From NCBI GenBank assembly GCA_965116495.1, contig OZ220696.1, forward strand, positions 192,001 through 256,000: DNA of 64,000 nucleotides. The letters are read 5' to 3'. Of this stretch, positions 44,470 through 52,378 are shown in pieces. A model generated the notes under the pieces. The model saw nothing but the letters and a program-made list of their open reading frames with translations, was not told the origin of the DNA and made no database searches. Numbering within the stretch: position 1 is the first letter of the stretch; each line of letters starts with the position of its first letter. The DNA is from Gammaproteobacteria bacterium (GTDB lineage: Bacteria; Pseudomonadota; Gammaproteobacteria; Eutrophobiales; Eutrophobiaceae). The position numbers and the translations under genes are program-made.

Positions 44470-45801
44470 GTGAGTAAACTCTCGGAGAACCTTTCAGCCT
44501 TCCTGGAGACCCTTCCAAGTTGTAAACGTTTTCTTATAGCCTATAGCGGCGGTCTGGATTCCCATGTATTGCTGCACCTGATGGCCACCCTGGATGAGGA
44601 ATCCAGCGTCTGCATCAAGGCGATACACATAAACCACAATATACAGCGGGAAAGCCGGGCCTGGGCCGGGCATTGCCGGGATACCTGCTGCGCCCTGGGG
44701 GTTGAATTTGACGTGATTGACGTTGATGCCGCCCGGCCCGGCAAGGAAAGCCCGGAAAGCTGGGCCAGACAACTGCGCTACGCAGCAATTGAGAATATTC
44801 TGACGGAGGGTGAAATCCTGTTGACCGCACATCACCAGGATGATCAGCTTGAGACCTTGTTGTTGCGTTTGTTGCGCGGTTCGGGGGTACTTGGACTGGC
44901 GTCAATGCGTCCCGTTCGGCCATTCGGCAGAGGGTTGCATGCGCGCCCGCTGCTCCACCAGTCACGCGATCAGTTAAGCGATTATGCCGTGCGTAACAGC
45001 CTGGTCTGGATTGACGACCCCTCGAACACGGATAAACGCCTGGACAGAAATTTTGTCCGGCATGAAGTGCTTCCAGTAATAAAGAACAGGTGGCCCTCGG
45101 TAGCCTCGCCGGTTACACGGACCATCCAGATATTTTCCGAAACCCAGGAGTTGCTCGACGATGTGGCGCAGCAGGACCTGCAGGGGTGCAGCACACAAAA
45201 ACCGGATGTACTGGCCATAGACCGGTTAAAAAAACTGTCAACTCCACGGCAGAAGAACCTGGTGCGTTACTGGAGTCGAACCTTGGACCTGCCGTCTCCG
45301 GACAACCGGTCTGTGTCACACATCGTTACCGGGGTAATACAGGCAAGACACGACTCAAAAGGACGGGTCAGGTGGAAAGGCGCGGAATCGCTGCGTTATG
45401 GAAATTACATCCAGCTTGCCGGGCCGTTGAAAGAAATTGACAAGTCAGCGATACGGGAATGGGACTTCGCCGGGCCATGCCCCCTGGAGTTTGGCGAACT
45501 GATCGCGGAGGAGGGTTACGGCAACGGGTTGAAAAAGGAACTATGCAACGGTGCGAGGGTAGAAATCCGCTACCGTTGCGGCGGGGAGAAAATCCGTTTG
45601 CCGGGCAGGACCTGCAGGCATAAGATAAAAAAACTGTTCCAGGAAACCGGGACGCCGCCCTGGCTGCGGGAACGCGCGCCTCTCATCTACGTCGGTGACC
45701 GGCTTGCCATGGTGGCGGGTTTCTGGACCGATGCGGACTTTGTTGCCGCTGCTGACGAACCCTCCTGGACGATTACCTGGAATTATGGCCGGAATGCATG
45801 A
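44470..45801 (+). CDS. tilS: tRNA(Ile)-lysidine synthetase
   Basis: SGGLDS, AHHQDDQ.ET, DPSN. Confidence 0.96.
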   Translation: MSKLSENLSAFLETLPSCKRFLIAYSGGLDSHVLLHLMATLDEESSVCIKAIHINHNIQRESRAWAGHCRDTCCALGVEFDVIDVDAARPGKESPESWARQLRYAAIENILTEGEILLTAHHQDDQLETLLLRLLRGSGVLGLASMRPVRPFGRGLHARPLLHQSRDQLSDYAVRNSLVWIDDPSNTDKRLDRNFVRHEVLPVIKNRWPSVASPVTRTIQIFSETQELLDDVAQQDLQGCSTQKPDVLAIDRLKKLSTPRQKNLVRYWSRTLDLPSPDNRSVSHIVTGVIQARHDSKGRVRWKGAESLRYGNYIQLAGPLKEIDKSAIREWDFAGPCPLEFGELIAEEGYGNGLKKELCNGARVEIRYRCGGEKIRLPGRTCRHKIKKLFQETGTPPWLRERAPLIYVGDRLAMVAGFWTDADFVAAADEPSWTITWNYGRNA

Positions 45802-45821
45802 CGGGCACTGACAGGCCTCTG

Positions 45822-46084
45822 GTACTCTTTCAACTTAATATTGCCATGTTCAGCGGGTCGGGAAGCGGTTGAGCGCAAGGCACGCCGCGCAGGTAATGGC
45901 GCGCCCTTGCCAAGCGGTGTAACGCCGCGGGCGACCGCTTCCCGGCCCGCCCGCAGGGAGCCACACAGCAACGCCAATACGGCGTTGCAGCCCTTGACAA
46001 GGGCGCGCCATTCTCTGCGGGCTGCGCCTTGTCTTGACGTCGCTGTGTGGCTCTGAACATGGCAATATTAAGTTGAAAGAGTAC
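45822..46084. mobile_element. 263-bp MITE with IS630-like ends
   Basis: Perfect 32-bp TIR GTACTCTTTCAACTTAATATTGCCATGTTCAG at 45822-45853 and 46053-46084; GC-rich structured interior with no transposase. Confidence 0.88.
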
Positions 46085-46108
46085 TAGTAAATCCCGGAGG
46101 ATAAGCTG

Positions 46109-46561
46109 ATGATAATAGCAATGTTTATTTCCAATAAGCGCGGCGAAAAACAAACGGCCGTCAGCAAGGTGGATGTCGTTGCCGGCGGCGGAATTGTGGG
46201 AGACAGGAATTTCCGTAAAGCACGCTGGCCCGGGCAGAATATCACTTTCATTGAATCAGAGGAGATTAATAACTATAACCAGGACTTTGCACAGGATATT
46301 CCACTGGGCGCAACACACCGAAATATCATTACACAAGGCGTCCGTTTGAATTCACTGGTCGGCAAAGAATTTAACATCGGTGATGTCAGGTTCAAAGGAG
46401 TGGAACTTTGTGAGCCGTGCTCAAAGATGGGAAAGAATCTCGAAAACCACACGATCACAAAGAGAGAGGTGGTCAGGGCGTTTGTACATAAAGGAGGGTT
46501 AAGAGCCGACATCCTTTCAGATGGTAAGCTGGCTGTCGGGATGGAAGTTATCATCACGTGA
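46109..46561 (+). CDS. MOSC domain protein
   Basis: GIVGDR, RNIITQGV.LN.LVGKEF, CEPC, GGLRA. Confidence 0.88.
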   Translation: MIIAMFISNKRGEKQTAVSKVDVVAGGGIVGDRNFRKARWPGQNITFIESEEINNYNQDFAQDIPLGATHRNIITQGVRLNSLVGKEFNIGDVRFKGVELCEPCSKMGKNLENHTITKREVVRAFVHKGGLRADILSDGKLAVGMEVIIT

Positions 46562-46711
46562 AAAATACAGCTTCCTGCTTCACCTGTTTCTTCAATACAA
46601 TCAATAGATTTCACCGCTTGTCAATCGCCCGTGACTCCAGCCGGCGTGGGGTCGGCGTCCTGGTGGTGATACCTTCACCCGTACCGACGAATATCCATTA
46701 ACAGGTGACTG

Positions 46712-47431
46712 ATGATGACAAATAAAGAAAAATCCGGGAAAGCTGCACGCAGCCTGATGATGAGCGAATACCAGGGCATCCTGTCCACCCTTTCTGTTGA
46801 AGCCCAGGGCTATCCGTTCGGTTCGGTCACTCCTTACTGCTTTGACAGGCAGGGCAGGCCGGTCATCCTGATCAGCCGAATCGCACAGCATACGAAAAAT
46901 ATCCTGGCCGACCCGAAGGTGTCGCTGATTGCCATTGAACGGGATGCGGATGATATCCAGGATAATGGCCGAGTGACTTACCTGGGGGAGGCAAGGCAGG
47001 TATCAGCGGATGATACGGATACCATGGAACGCTATTACCGTTTCTTTCCCGATGCGCGGGGCTACCACAAGACCCATGACTTCGATTTTTACCGCCTGGA
47101 GTTTCACCGGGTACGGTTCATCGGCGGTTTCGGCAAAATTTACTGGGTCGAACATAACACCTTCCTGAAAGAAAACCCGTTCAGCCCCGATGAGGAAACC
47201 CGGGCAATTGAGCATATGAACCGGGATCATGCCGATGCGATAAAACATTATTGTGGTCTGGGTAATATTCCGGTGACAGGGGACGAACCTCCCGTCATGG
47301 TGGGAATCGACGGTGAGGGCTTCAACCTGTTACTGGGTAAACGCATCCATCGCTTCGGTTTTGCTGAACCTGTCAGCACGATGCCGGAACTGCGCAGTGA
47401 ATTGGTCCGACTGGCAAAGCTGCCGAATTGA
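46712..47431 (+). CDS. HugZ-like pyridoxamine 5'-phosphate oxidase family protein with DUF2470
   Basis: GYPFGS, IS.IAQHTKN, RFIGGFG, HMN.DH. Confidence 0.88.
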   Translation: MMTNKEKSGKAARSLMMSEYQGILSTLSVEAQGYPFGSVTPYCFDRQGRPVILISRIAQHTKNILADPKVSLIAIERDADDIQDNGRVTYLGEARQVSADDTDTMERYYRFFPDARGYHKTHDFDFYRLEFHRVRFIGGFGKIYWVEHNTFLKENPFSPDEETRAIEHMNRDHADAIKHYCGLGNIPVTGDEPPVMVGIDGEGFNLLLGKRIHRFGFAEPVSTMPELRSELVRLAKLPN

Positions 47432-47494
47432 TCAATAAACGACCAGTTGCCGGACGACCTCCCTGTGTCACAGCACTTCCAGGATCTCGGCCCT
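47360..47494 (+). repeat. 135-bp diverged direct repeat, copy 1
   Basis: Aligns without gaps to 49782-49916 (offset 2422). Confidence 0.9.
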
Positions 47495-47516
47495 CCGGTA
47501 TTGCCAGGGTAGCTTG

Positions 47517-47546
47517 TTGCCAAATTGCAGAATGCACGTTTATAAT
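47517..47546 (+). promoter_or_regulatory. Putative sigma70 promoter of the TA operon
   Basis: TTGCCA-18 nt-TATAAT upstream of the ATG at 47581. Confidence 0.5.
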
Positions 47547-47580
47547 ATGTCCTACGTTTTGCCTACAGCGAGTGTTAACT

Positions 47581-47880
47581 ATGGACTTCATTTCTATTCG
47601 TGAATTCAGAACCCAACCGGGTAAGATATGGGAAAAGCTTGCCAGGGACCACCAGGTGGTTGTCACGAGGAACGGGAAACCGTTTGCTATTCTGACTGAA
47701 ACGTCCCCGTTCGATTTGGAAACCGACCTGCAGAGTCTGCGCCGCGCCCGGTTTGGCCGTGCGCTTGCCTCTATCCGTGCTGAAGCGCAAAAGAAGGGAC
47801 TGGATAAGCTCTCTTCAGATCAGGTTAACGATATAATCCGTGATGCCAGGGAAGCGTATCATGATGAAAGCCGTTCTTGA
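47581..47880 (+). CDS. Phd/YefM family antitoxin
   Basis: ISIREFR...VVVTRNGKPFAIL; overlaps toxin start. Confidence 0.88.
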   Translation: MDFISIREFRTQPGKIWEKLARDHQVVVTRNGKPFAILTETSPFDLETDLQSLRRARFGRALASIRAEAQKKGLDKLSSDQVNDIIRDAREAYHDESRS

Positions 47881-48151
47881 TACCAACGTCCTTGTCTCCG
47901 GGTTGTTATCTCATGCCGGACCACCCGGCAAGCTGGTCGATGCAATTGAAACCGGTTTACTCGTTCCGGTGTTTTCTGAGCCGATCCTGTTTGAATACCT
48001 GGAAGTTTTACTGCGTCCGAAATTTCGATTTGAACGGGAAGACATTACCGTATTGATGGAGTCTTTATATCTTTCAGGGATACTGGTTGATGAACTGAAA
48101 ATCGACACTAGTACCCTTTCAATTTAATTCTGATCGATTGGCAGCTGAAAA

Positions 48152-48424
48152 TCAATCAAGCGCCGGGAGTTGACTGCGGGGGATTGCCAGTGACAGGCTG
48201 CGCGCCACGCCGGGCTGTTTCGTGATGAGTCCCTGGTCTGCCAACTGGGTTACCATGCGATGCACAGAGGGTGGCGAGACCCGGAAATAGCGCTGTAAGT
48301 CGGCCTGAGCGGGGGCGATGCCGTTGACCTTGGTGTAGTAATGGATAAAGGCCAGGTACTGGCCTTGCTTATAGGTAAAGGTCGGGGCAATTTTTTTTGT
48401 GTCAGGGATCGACATGGCAGGCAT
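48152..48424 (-). CDS. Small winged-helix (LexA-N/MarR-like) protein inside IS630
   Basis: FTYKQGQYLAFI...PAQADLQRYF.VSPPSVH.MV..L...GLI...PG.ARSL; start approximate. Confidence 0.8.
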   Translation of the reverse strand: MPAMSIPDTKKIAPTFTYKQGQYLAFIHYYTKVNGIAPAQADLQRYFRVSPPSVHRMVTQLADQGLITKQPGVARSLSLAIPRSQLPALD

Positions 48425-48467
48425 TTTATGATCCATTATCCCTTTTATGACAAGCGGGGACAATGGC

Positions 48468-49592
48468 ATGCATATCACCTACCGGGTTGAGTTGACGGCG
48501 GCGGAGCGGACGTATTTGGAGACGTTTACATCGCAGGGGAAACAGCGTGTACGGGCGCTGAATCGGGCCCGGATTTTACTGCTGGCGGACGGACGTGGGA
48601 TGACGGACCAAGCGATCACGGCGGCGTTATCGGTGAGCACCTCGACGGTGTACCGGGTGAAGCGGGATTTTGTGGAGTACGGGTTGGAGGCGGCGTTGTC
48701 GGAAGGGTCTCGTCCGGGGCAGCCGCGCAAGACGGGGGCGCATGAGGATGCGTTGCTGGTATCGATTGCGTGCAGTACCCCGCCGTCGGGGCGGTGTCGC
48801 TGGACGCTGTCGTTGCTGGCGGAACGGTGGGTGGCGTTGACGGCTATGGAAGAGGTATCGCTGGAGTGCATACGACAACGTTTGAAGGCGAATCAGTTAA
48901 AGCCCTGGCAGCAGAAGATGTGGTGTGTGGGACAGATGGATGCGGCGTATATTGCGCAGATGGAGCATATACTGGATGTGTATGCTGAGCCGTCCTGTCC
49001 TGAGAGACCACTGGTGAACGTGGATGAGGCGGGCAAGCAATTGGTGGGGGAAGTGCAGGCGGGCACGTCGATGACACCCGGGCAGGTGAGTAAGGTGGAT
49101 TATGAATACGAGCGCAAGGGGGTGGCCAACATTTATCTGTGTTTTGACCGGCATCGTGGCTGGCGTCATGCCAAGGCGACGCACACCAAAAAAGCGGCTG
49201 ATTTTGCCGAGTTGATGCGGGAGTTGGTGGACGTGCATTACCCGGCGGCCGAGTGCATCCGGGTAGTGCTGGATAATTTGAACACGCACCAGCCTGCTTC
49301 GCTGTACCGGGCGTTCCCGGCCCCGGAGGCGCGGCGGTTATTGCGCAAGCTGGAATTTCATTATACGCCCAAGCATGCCAGTTGGTTGAACATGGTGGAA
49401 ATAGAGATCGGCAATATGAACCGGCAATGTCTGGACCGTCGTATTGACAGCATGGACTTGTTAGAATCGGAACTGGCAGCCTGGGAGACCCGACGTAACC
49501 GGGAGCGGGCCAGTATCAACTGGATGTTTGATGTCGACAAGGCCCGGACTAAACTGCACCGGGCCTATGACAAGTTAACCGGTCAGAATTAA
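48468..49592 (+). CDS. IS630-family transposase (intact single ORF)
   Basis: N-terminal HTH, VDE / VLDN / WLNMVEIE catalytic triad, YEYERKG. Confidence 0.95.
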   Translation: MHITYRVELTAAERTYLETFTSQGKQRVRALNRARILLLADGRGMTDQAITAALSVSTSTVYRVKRDFVEYGLEAALSEGSRPGQPRKTGAHEDALLVSIACSTPPSGRCRWTLSLLAERWVALTAMEEVSLECIRQRLKANQLKPWQQKMWCVGQMDAAYIAQMEHILDVYAEPSCPERPLVNVDEAGKQLVGEVQAGTSMTPGQVSKVDYEYERKGVANIYLCFDRHRGWRHAKATHTKKAADFAELMRELVDVHYPAAECIRVVLDNLNTHQPASLYRAFPAPEARRLLRKLEFHYTPKHASWLNMVEIEIGNMNRQCLDRRIDSMDLLESELAAWETRRNRERASINWMFDVDKARTKLHRAYDKLTGQN

Positions 49593-49781
49593 ATTGAAAC
49601 GGTACTAGTGAATTTAACGATGTGCGTGATGTGCCTTTCTATACTGCTGCGATACAGGAAAACAGTGTTTTAATTACCGGAAATCTAAAACATTTCCCCC
49701 TTGATGGGCCTGTTGAGGTTTTGACTCCGAGGCTGGCGTTGAATAAATTGGAGGAGTTATCCTGATCCCGGGCGACCCGAA

Positions 49782-49916
49782 TTTGCCGAAACTGTCAGCA
49801 CCATGCCGGAATTGCGCAGTGAACTGGCCAGGCTGGCAAAGCTGCCGATTTGATCAATAAACGACCAGTTGCCGGACGACCTCCGTATGTCCGAGAACTT
49901 CCAGGATCTCAGCCCT
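49782..49916 (+). repeat. 135-bp diverged direct repeat, copy 2
   Basis: Copy of the hugZ-like 3' end plus the 3' end of the convergent gene. Confidence 0.9.
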
Positions 49917-50459
49917 GATGCCGGTAATGGTTTCCTCTCCAAGCGCGGGGTCGTCCCGGGTGAGCACCAGGACCGTGGCCGGATGGACGAAGGTGTCTTT
50001 TACGTGGTAGCACTCCGGCGGCGCTTGCGGCAATGCGCCGTCGTGATGATAGTCCTTTTCCGGTACTTCCAGTGTAATGTCAGATATCTTTGTCTTGAGT
50101 TCCAGAGCTTTTCCCAGGTATTCATTGCACTGTGCCAGGCGGAAACGGGCCCAGTCCATAATCTTTTCGCCCGCTGAGAGCAGGACGCCAGCCTGCCGGT
50201 CAACCTCGTTCCTGCCGGCATTGTCATCAAGTCCATCCAGCAGCTTCCTGCCCTCGATCTCGTATTCGGCCAGCATCACCGCGATGGCCTGGCGTTGCTT
50301 TTCCTCTTCATCCGTGTCAATCGCCGCTTTCTCGACAGCCTGAGCCTGAGTCTCGCTGAGTTTGGTGTTGCTTGCATACAGGACTAGAGGCGTGAACAGG
50401 ACTGCGCTTGTTAACAGCGTGCATATGGCCAGGCTTTCAGTGTGCAACGGACTTGACAT
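49854..50459 (-). CDS. Hypothetical exported protein
   Basis: Signal-like N-terminus; DYHHDGALP...CYHVKD..VHPATV His/Cys motif. Confidence 0.7.
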   Translation of the reverse strand: MSSPLHTESLAICTLLTSAVLFTPLVLYASNTKLSETQAQAVEKAAIDTDEEEKQRQAIAVMLAEYEIEGRKLLDGLDDNAGRNEVDRQAGVLLSAGEKIMDWARFRLAQCNEYLGKALELKTKISDITLEVPEKDYHHDGALPQAPPECYHVKDTFVHPATVLVLTRDDPALGEETITGIRAEILEVLGHTEVVRQLVVY

Positions 50460-50570
50460 AGAATGACAGTAACCTGTAAATGGATGATGTCAAGGCTTAT
50501 CCGCCAGAGCAAAGCCAACAAAAACCAAAAGCTTTCGGTAGTAAATGAACTCCAGGATTATACTGATTAA

Positions 50571-51173
50571 ATGATCAAGCCGTATTCCGCCGCCTGCGAT
50601 AACAACCGGCAACCAATCCTCGATATTATTGAGGTGTTGCTTGCCGGCTGCAAGGAAGTTCTGGAGATCGGCAGTGGTACCGGCCAGCACGCCGTCTATT
50701 TCGCAGAAAAACTGCCACACCTGGTCTGGCGCAGCAGCGACCTGCGGGAGAATCATGCAGGCATCGAAGCATGGCTGAGTGACGCAAGGCTGGCCAATGC
50801 ACCGGCGCCGCTGGAACTGGACGTGAACCAGGCGCACTGGCCAAGGCTAAACGTGGACGCAGTATTTTGCGCAAATACGATACATATCGTCGACTGGGAC
50901 TCGGTCAAGGCCATGATAGCCGGAGCAGGGAGGCTATTGCCCGACAAGGGCATATTGGCGCTGTACGGCCCGTTCAACTACAACGACGCCTACACCAGCG
51001 AGAGTAATGCGAGATTCGACATCTGGCTGAGACAGCGGGACCCGGACAGCGGTATCAGGAACTTTGAAGATGTTGACGAACTGGCAAATTCAGCAAACCT
51101 GTACTTGCAACAAGACTATGCCATGCCGGCGAATAACCGGCTTATTTGCTGGAGAAAACGATGTTGGAAATAA
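50571..51173 (+). CDS. DUF938 family SAM-dependent methyltransferase
   Basis: VLEIGSGTGQH, YGPF, SN..FD.WL, MPANN. Confidence 0.9.
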   Translation: MIKPYSAACDNNRQPILDIIEVLLAGCKEVLEIGSGTGQHAVYFAEKLPHLVWRSSDLRENHAGIEAWLSDARLANAPAPLELDVNQAHWPRLNVDAVFCANTIHIVDWDSVKAMIAGAGRLLPDKGILALYGPFNYNDAYTSESNARFDIWLRQRDPDSGIRNFEDVDELANSANLYLQQDYAMPANNRLICWRKRCWK

Positions 51174-51214
51174 AATGGCCTTGTCAATCAGGTAACGAAT
51201 GAACGTCTGTCAGA

Positions 51215-51547
51215 CTATCGGCCGGCAGCCTCCGACAGTTTTTCTTTAGCCCACCGATTTATGCTGACGCCCTTGATTCCTGCCGCCTCGGCTACCGCAG
51301 CATGTACTTCCGGATCAATGCGCAACAAGAGTTTTCCCGAATAGGGTTTATTCGGGGCCTCTCCACGTTCGTCACAGCTGTCCAGGTAGAATTCAACCGC
51401 TTCTTCAAAGGCATTACGAACTTCGCCTACGTTATTCCCATGGAATGTTATGATGTCACGGATGCCAGCCACGCGGCCAACGAAGCATCCGTCCTCGTCA
51501 CTGTATTCGATTCGTGCCGGGTATCCTTTGTAGCGCATTGGTTTCAT
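51215..51547 (-). CDS. hicB: HicB family antitoxin
   Basis: YKGY.ARIEY, FEEAVEFYL, KPYSGK...RI.PEVH. Confidence 0.92.
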   Translation of the reverse strand: MKPMRYKGYPARIEYSDEDGCFVGRVAGIRDIITFHGNNVGEVRNAFEEAVEFYLDSCDERGEAPNKPYSGKLLLRIDPEVHAAVAEAAGIKGVSINRWAKEKLSEAAGR

Positions 51548-51798
51548 GGTGTTACTCCCATACGTTTGAGAAACTCCCGTGCAGCGCGAACCTGATAGGG
51601 TTTGGCCTCCTTGCGTGGATGAGGACGATGGAAATCAGCCCGTAATATACCGTACTTGAAAGCTATTCGGGATCCACCGCCTCTAATCACGTCACAACCC
51701 ACAGAAACAAGAAGTGTCTCAATTTGTCTCCATTTAATATTTGAGGATACCGGGTCGGTGAAAATCGCTTCGAGGTTCTTACGCTTACGACTGTTCAT
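51544..51798 (-). CDS. hicA: HicA family toxin
   Basis: IKW..IE.LL, GSR, FHRPHP.KEAKPYQV; ATGA overlap with hicB. Confidence 0.92.
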   Translation of the reverse strand: MNSRKRKNLEAIFTDPVSSNIKWRQIETLLVSVGCDVIRGGGSRIAFKYGILRADFHRPHPRKEAKPYQVRAAREFLKRMGVTP

Positions 51799-51804
51799 AT
51801 CATA

Positions 51805-51825
51805 TGATATCAGATTATAATATCA
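51805..51825. promoter_or_regulatory. Probable HicB operator palindrome
   Basis: TGATATcagattataATATCA immediately upstream of hicA. Confidence 0.55.
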
Positions 51826-51952
51826 CATACAAGTGCTTTTGTCATCACTTCAAACGGACCATCAATCCCCAGCCCTAAACCCTCATGATCAGGGCACTGC
51901 ACACTCCGCGATATTCCGTTTTAAGAGAAACTGAGGCGTGGCGCATGACTCG

Positions 51953-52375
51953 TTATGACTGATCCACGTTACGTGAGTAACCGCCGGGTCTTTTAAACAG
52001 TTCATCCGAATCCGTATCCAGCCTGGGGATATCCATTAGCGCGTCGGCCAATGAGCGTTTTTTCTCATTGCTGATTTTCCTTAAAGAATCTTCCAGCATT
52101 TCATAATCACCTAGGTGGGCCCGCATCAGACTTTTCCAGAGCTTCCCGTGATTCGGAACGAAAAAATGAAGCAGTTCGTGGACGATGACGTAATCCCAGA
52201 GTTCATCATCAAGGGCGAGTAGTTCGTCATTGAAGTTCAGGTGTCCGTTTGTTGAGCAGGATGCCCACTTGTTATTCATTGGTCGGATGCCCAGCCAGAC
52301 GATGTTGACGTCCAACTGTTCAGCCCAGTGACGAACGCGTTGTTTGAACTCCTGTTTTTGAGCGGCTGACGTCAT
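51953..52375 (-). CDS. M48/YgjP-like zinc metalloprotease (type I R-M associated)
   Basis: KWASCS, YVIVHELLH, NH...W; follows hsdR. Confidence 0.85.
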   Translation of the reverse strand: MTSAAQKQEFKQRVRHWAEQLDVNIVWLGIRPMNNKWASCSTNGHLNFNDELLALDDELWDYVIVHELLHFFVPNHGKLWKSLMRAHLGDYEMLEDSLRKISNEKKRSLADALMDIPRLDTDSDELFKRPGGYSRNVDQS

Positions 52376-52378
52376 AAA

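Larger units (their letters stand above)
48111..49605 (+). mobile_element. IS630-family insertion sequence with a passenger HTH gene
   Basis: TIRs GTACC(C/G)TTTCAATTTAATTCTGA; TA duplication at 48109-48110 and 49606-49607. Confidence 0.95.
47861..49765 (+). pseudogene. PIN-domain toxin interrupted by IS630
   Basis: 5' part KAVLDTNVLVSGLL...KIDT (to 48110) rejoins in frame with 49608-49765 SEFNDVRDVPF...LITGNLKHFP...LTP. Confidence 0.9.

Noticed and set aside
45783-46153. Several short ORFs over the MITE
   Set aside because: GC-rich palindromic sequence with no recognisable protein; both strands give similar peptides from the TIR.
47428-47580. Long N-terminal extension of the antitoxin ORF
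   Set aside because: Covers the duplicated gene end and the promoter; Phd similarity starts at 47581.
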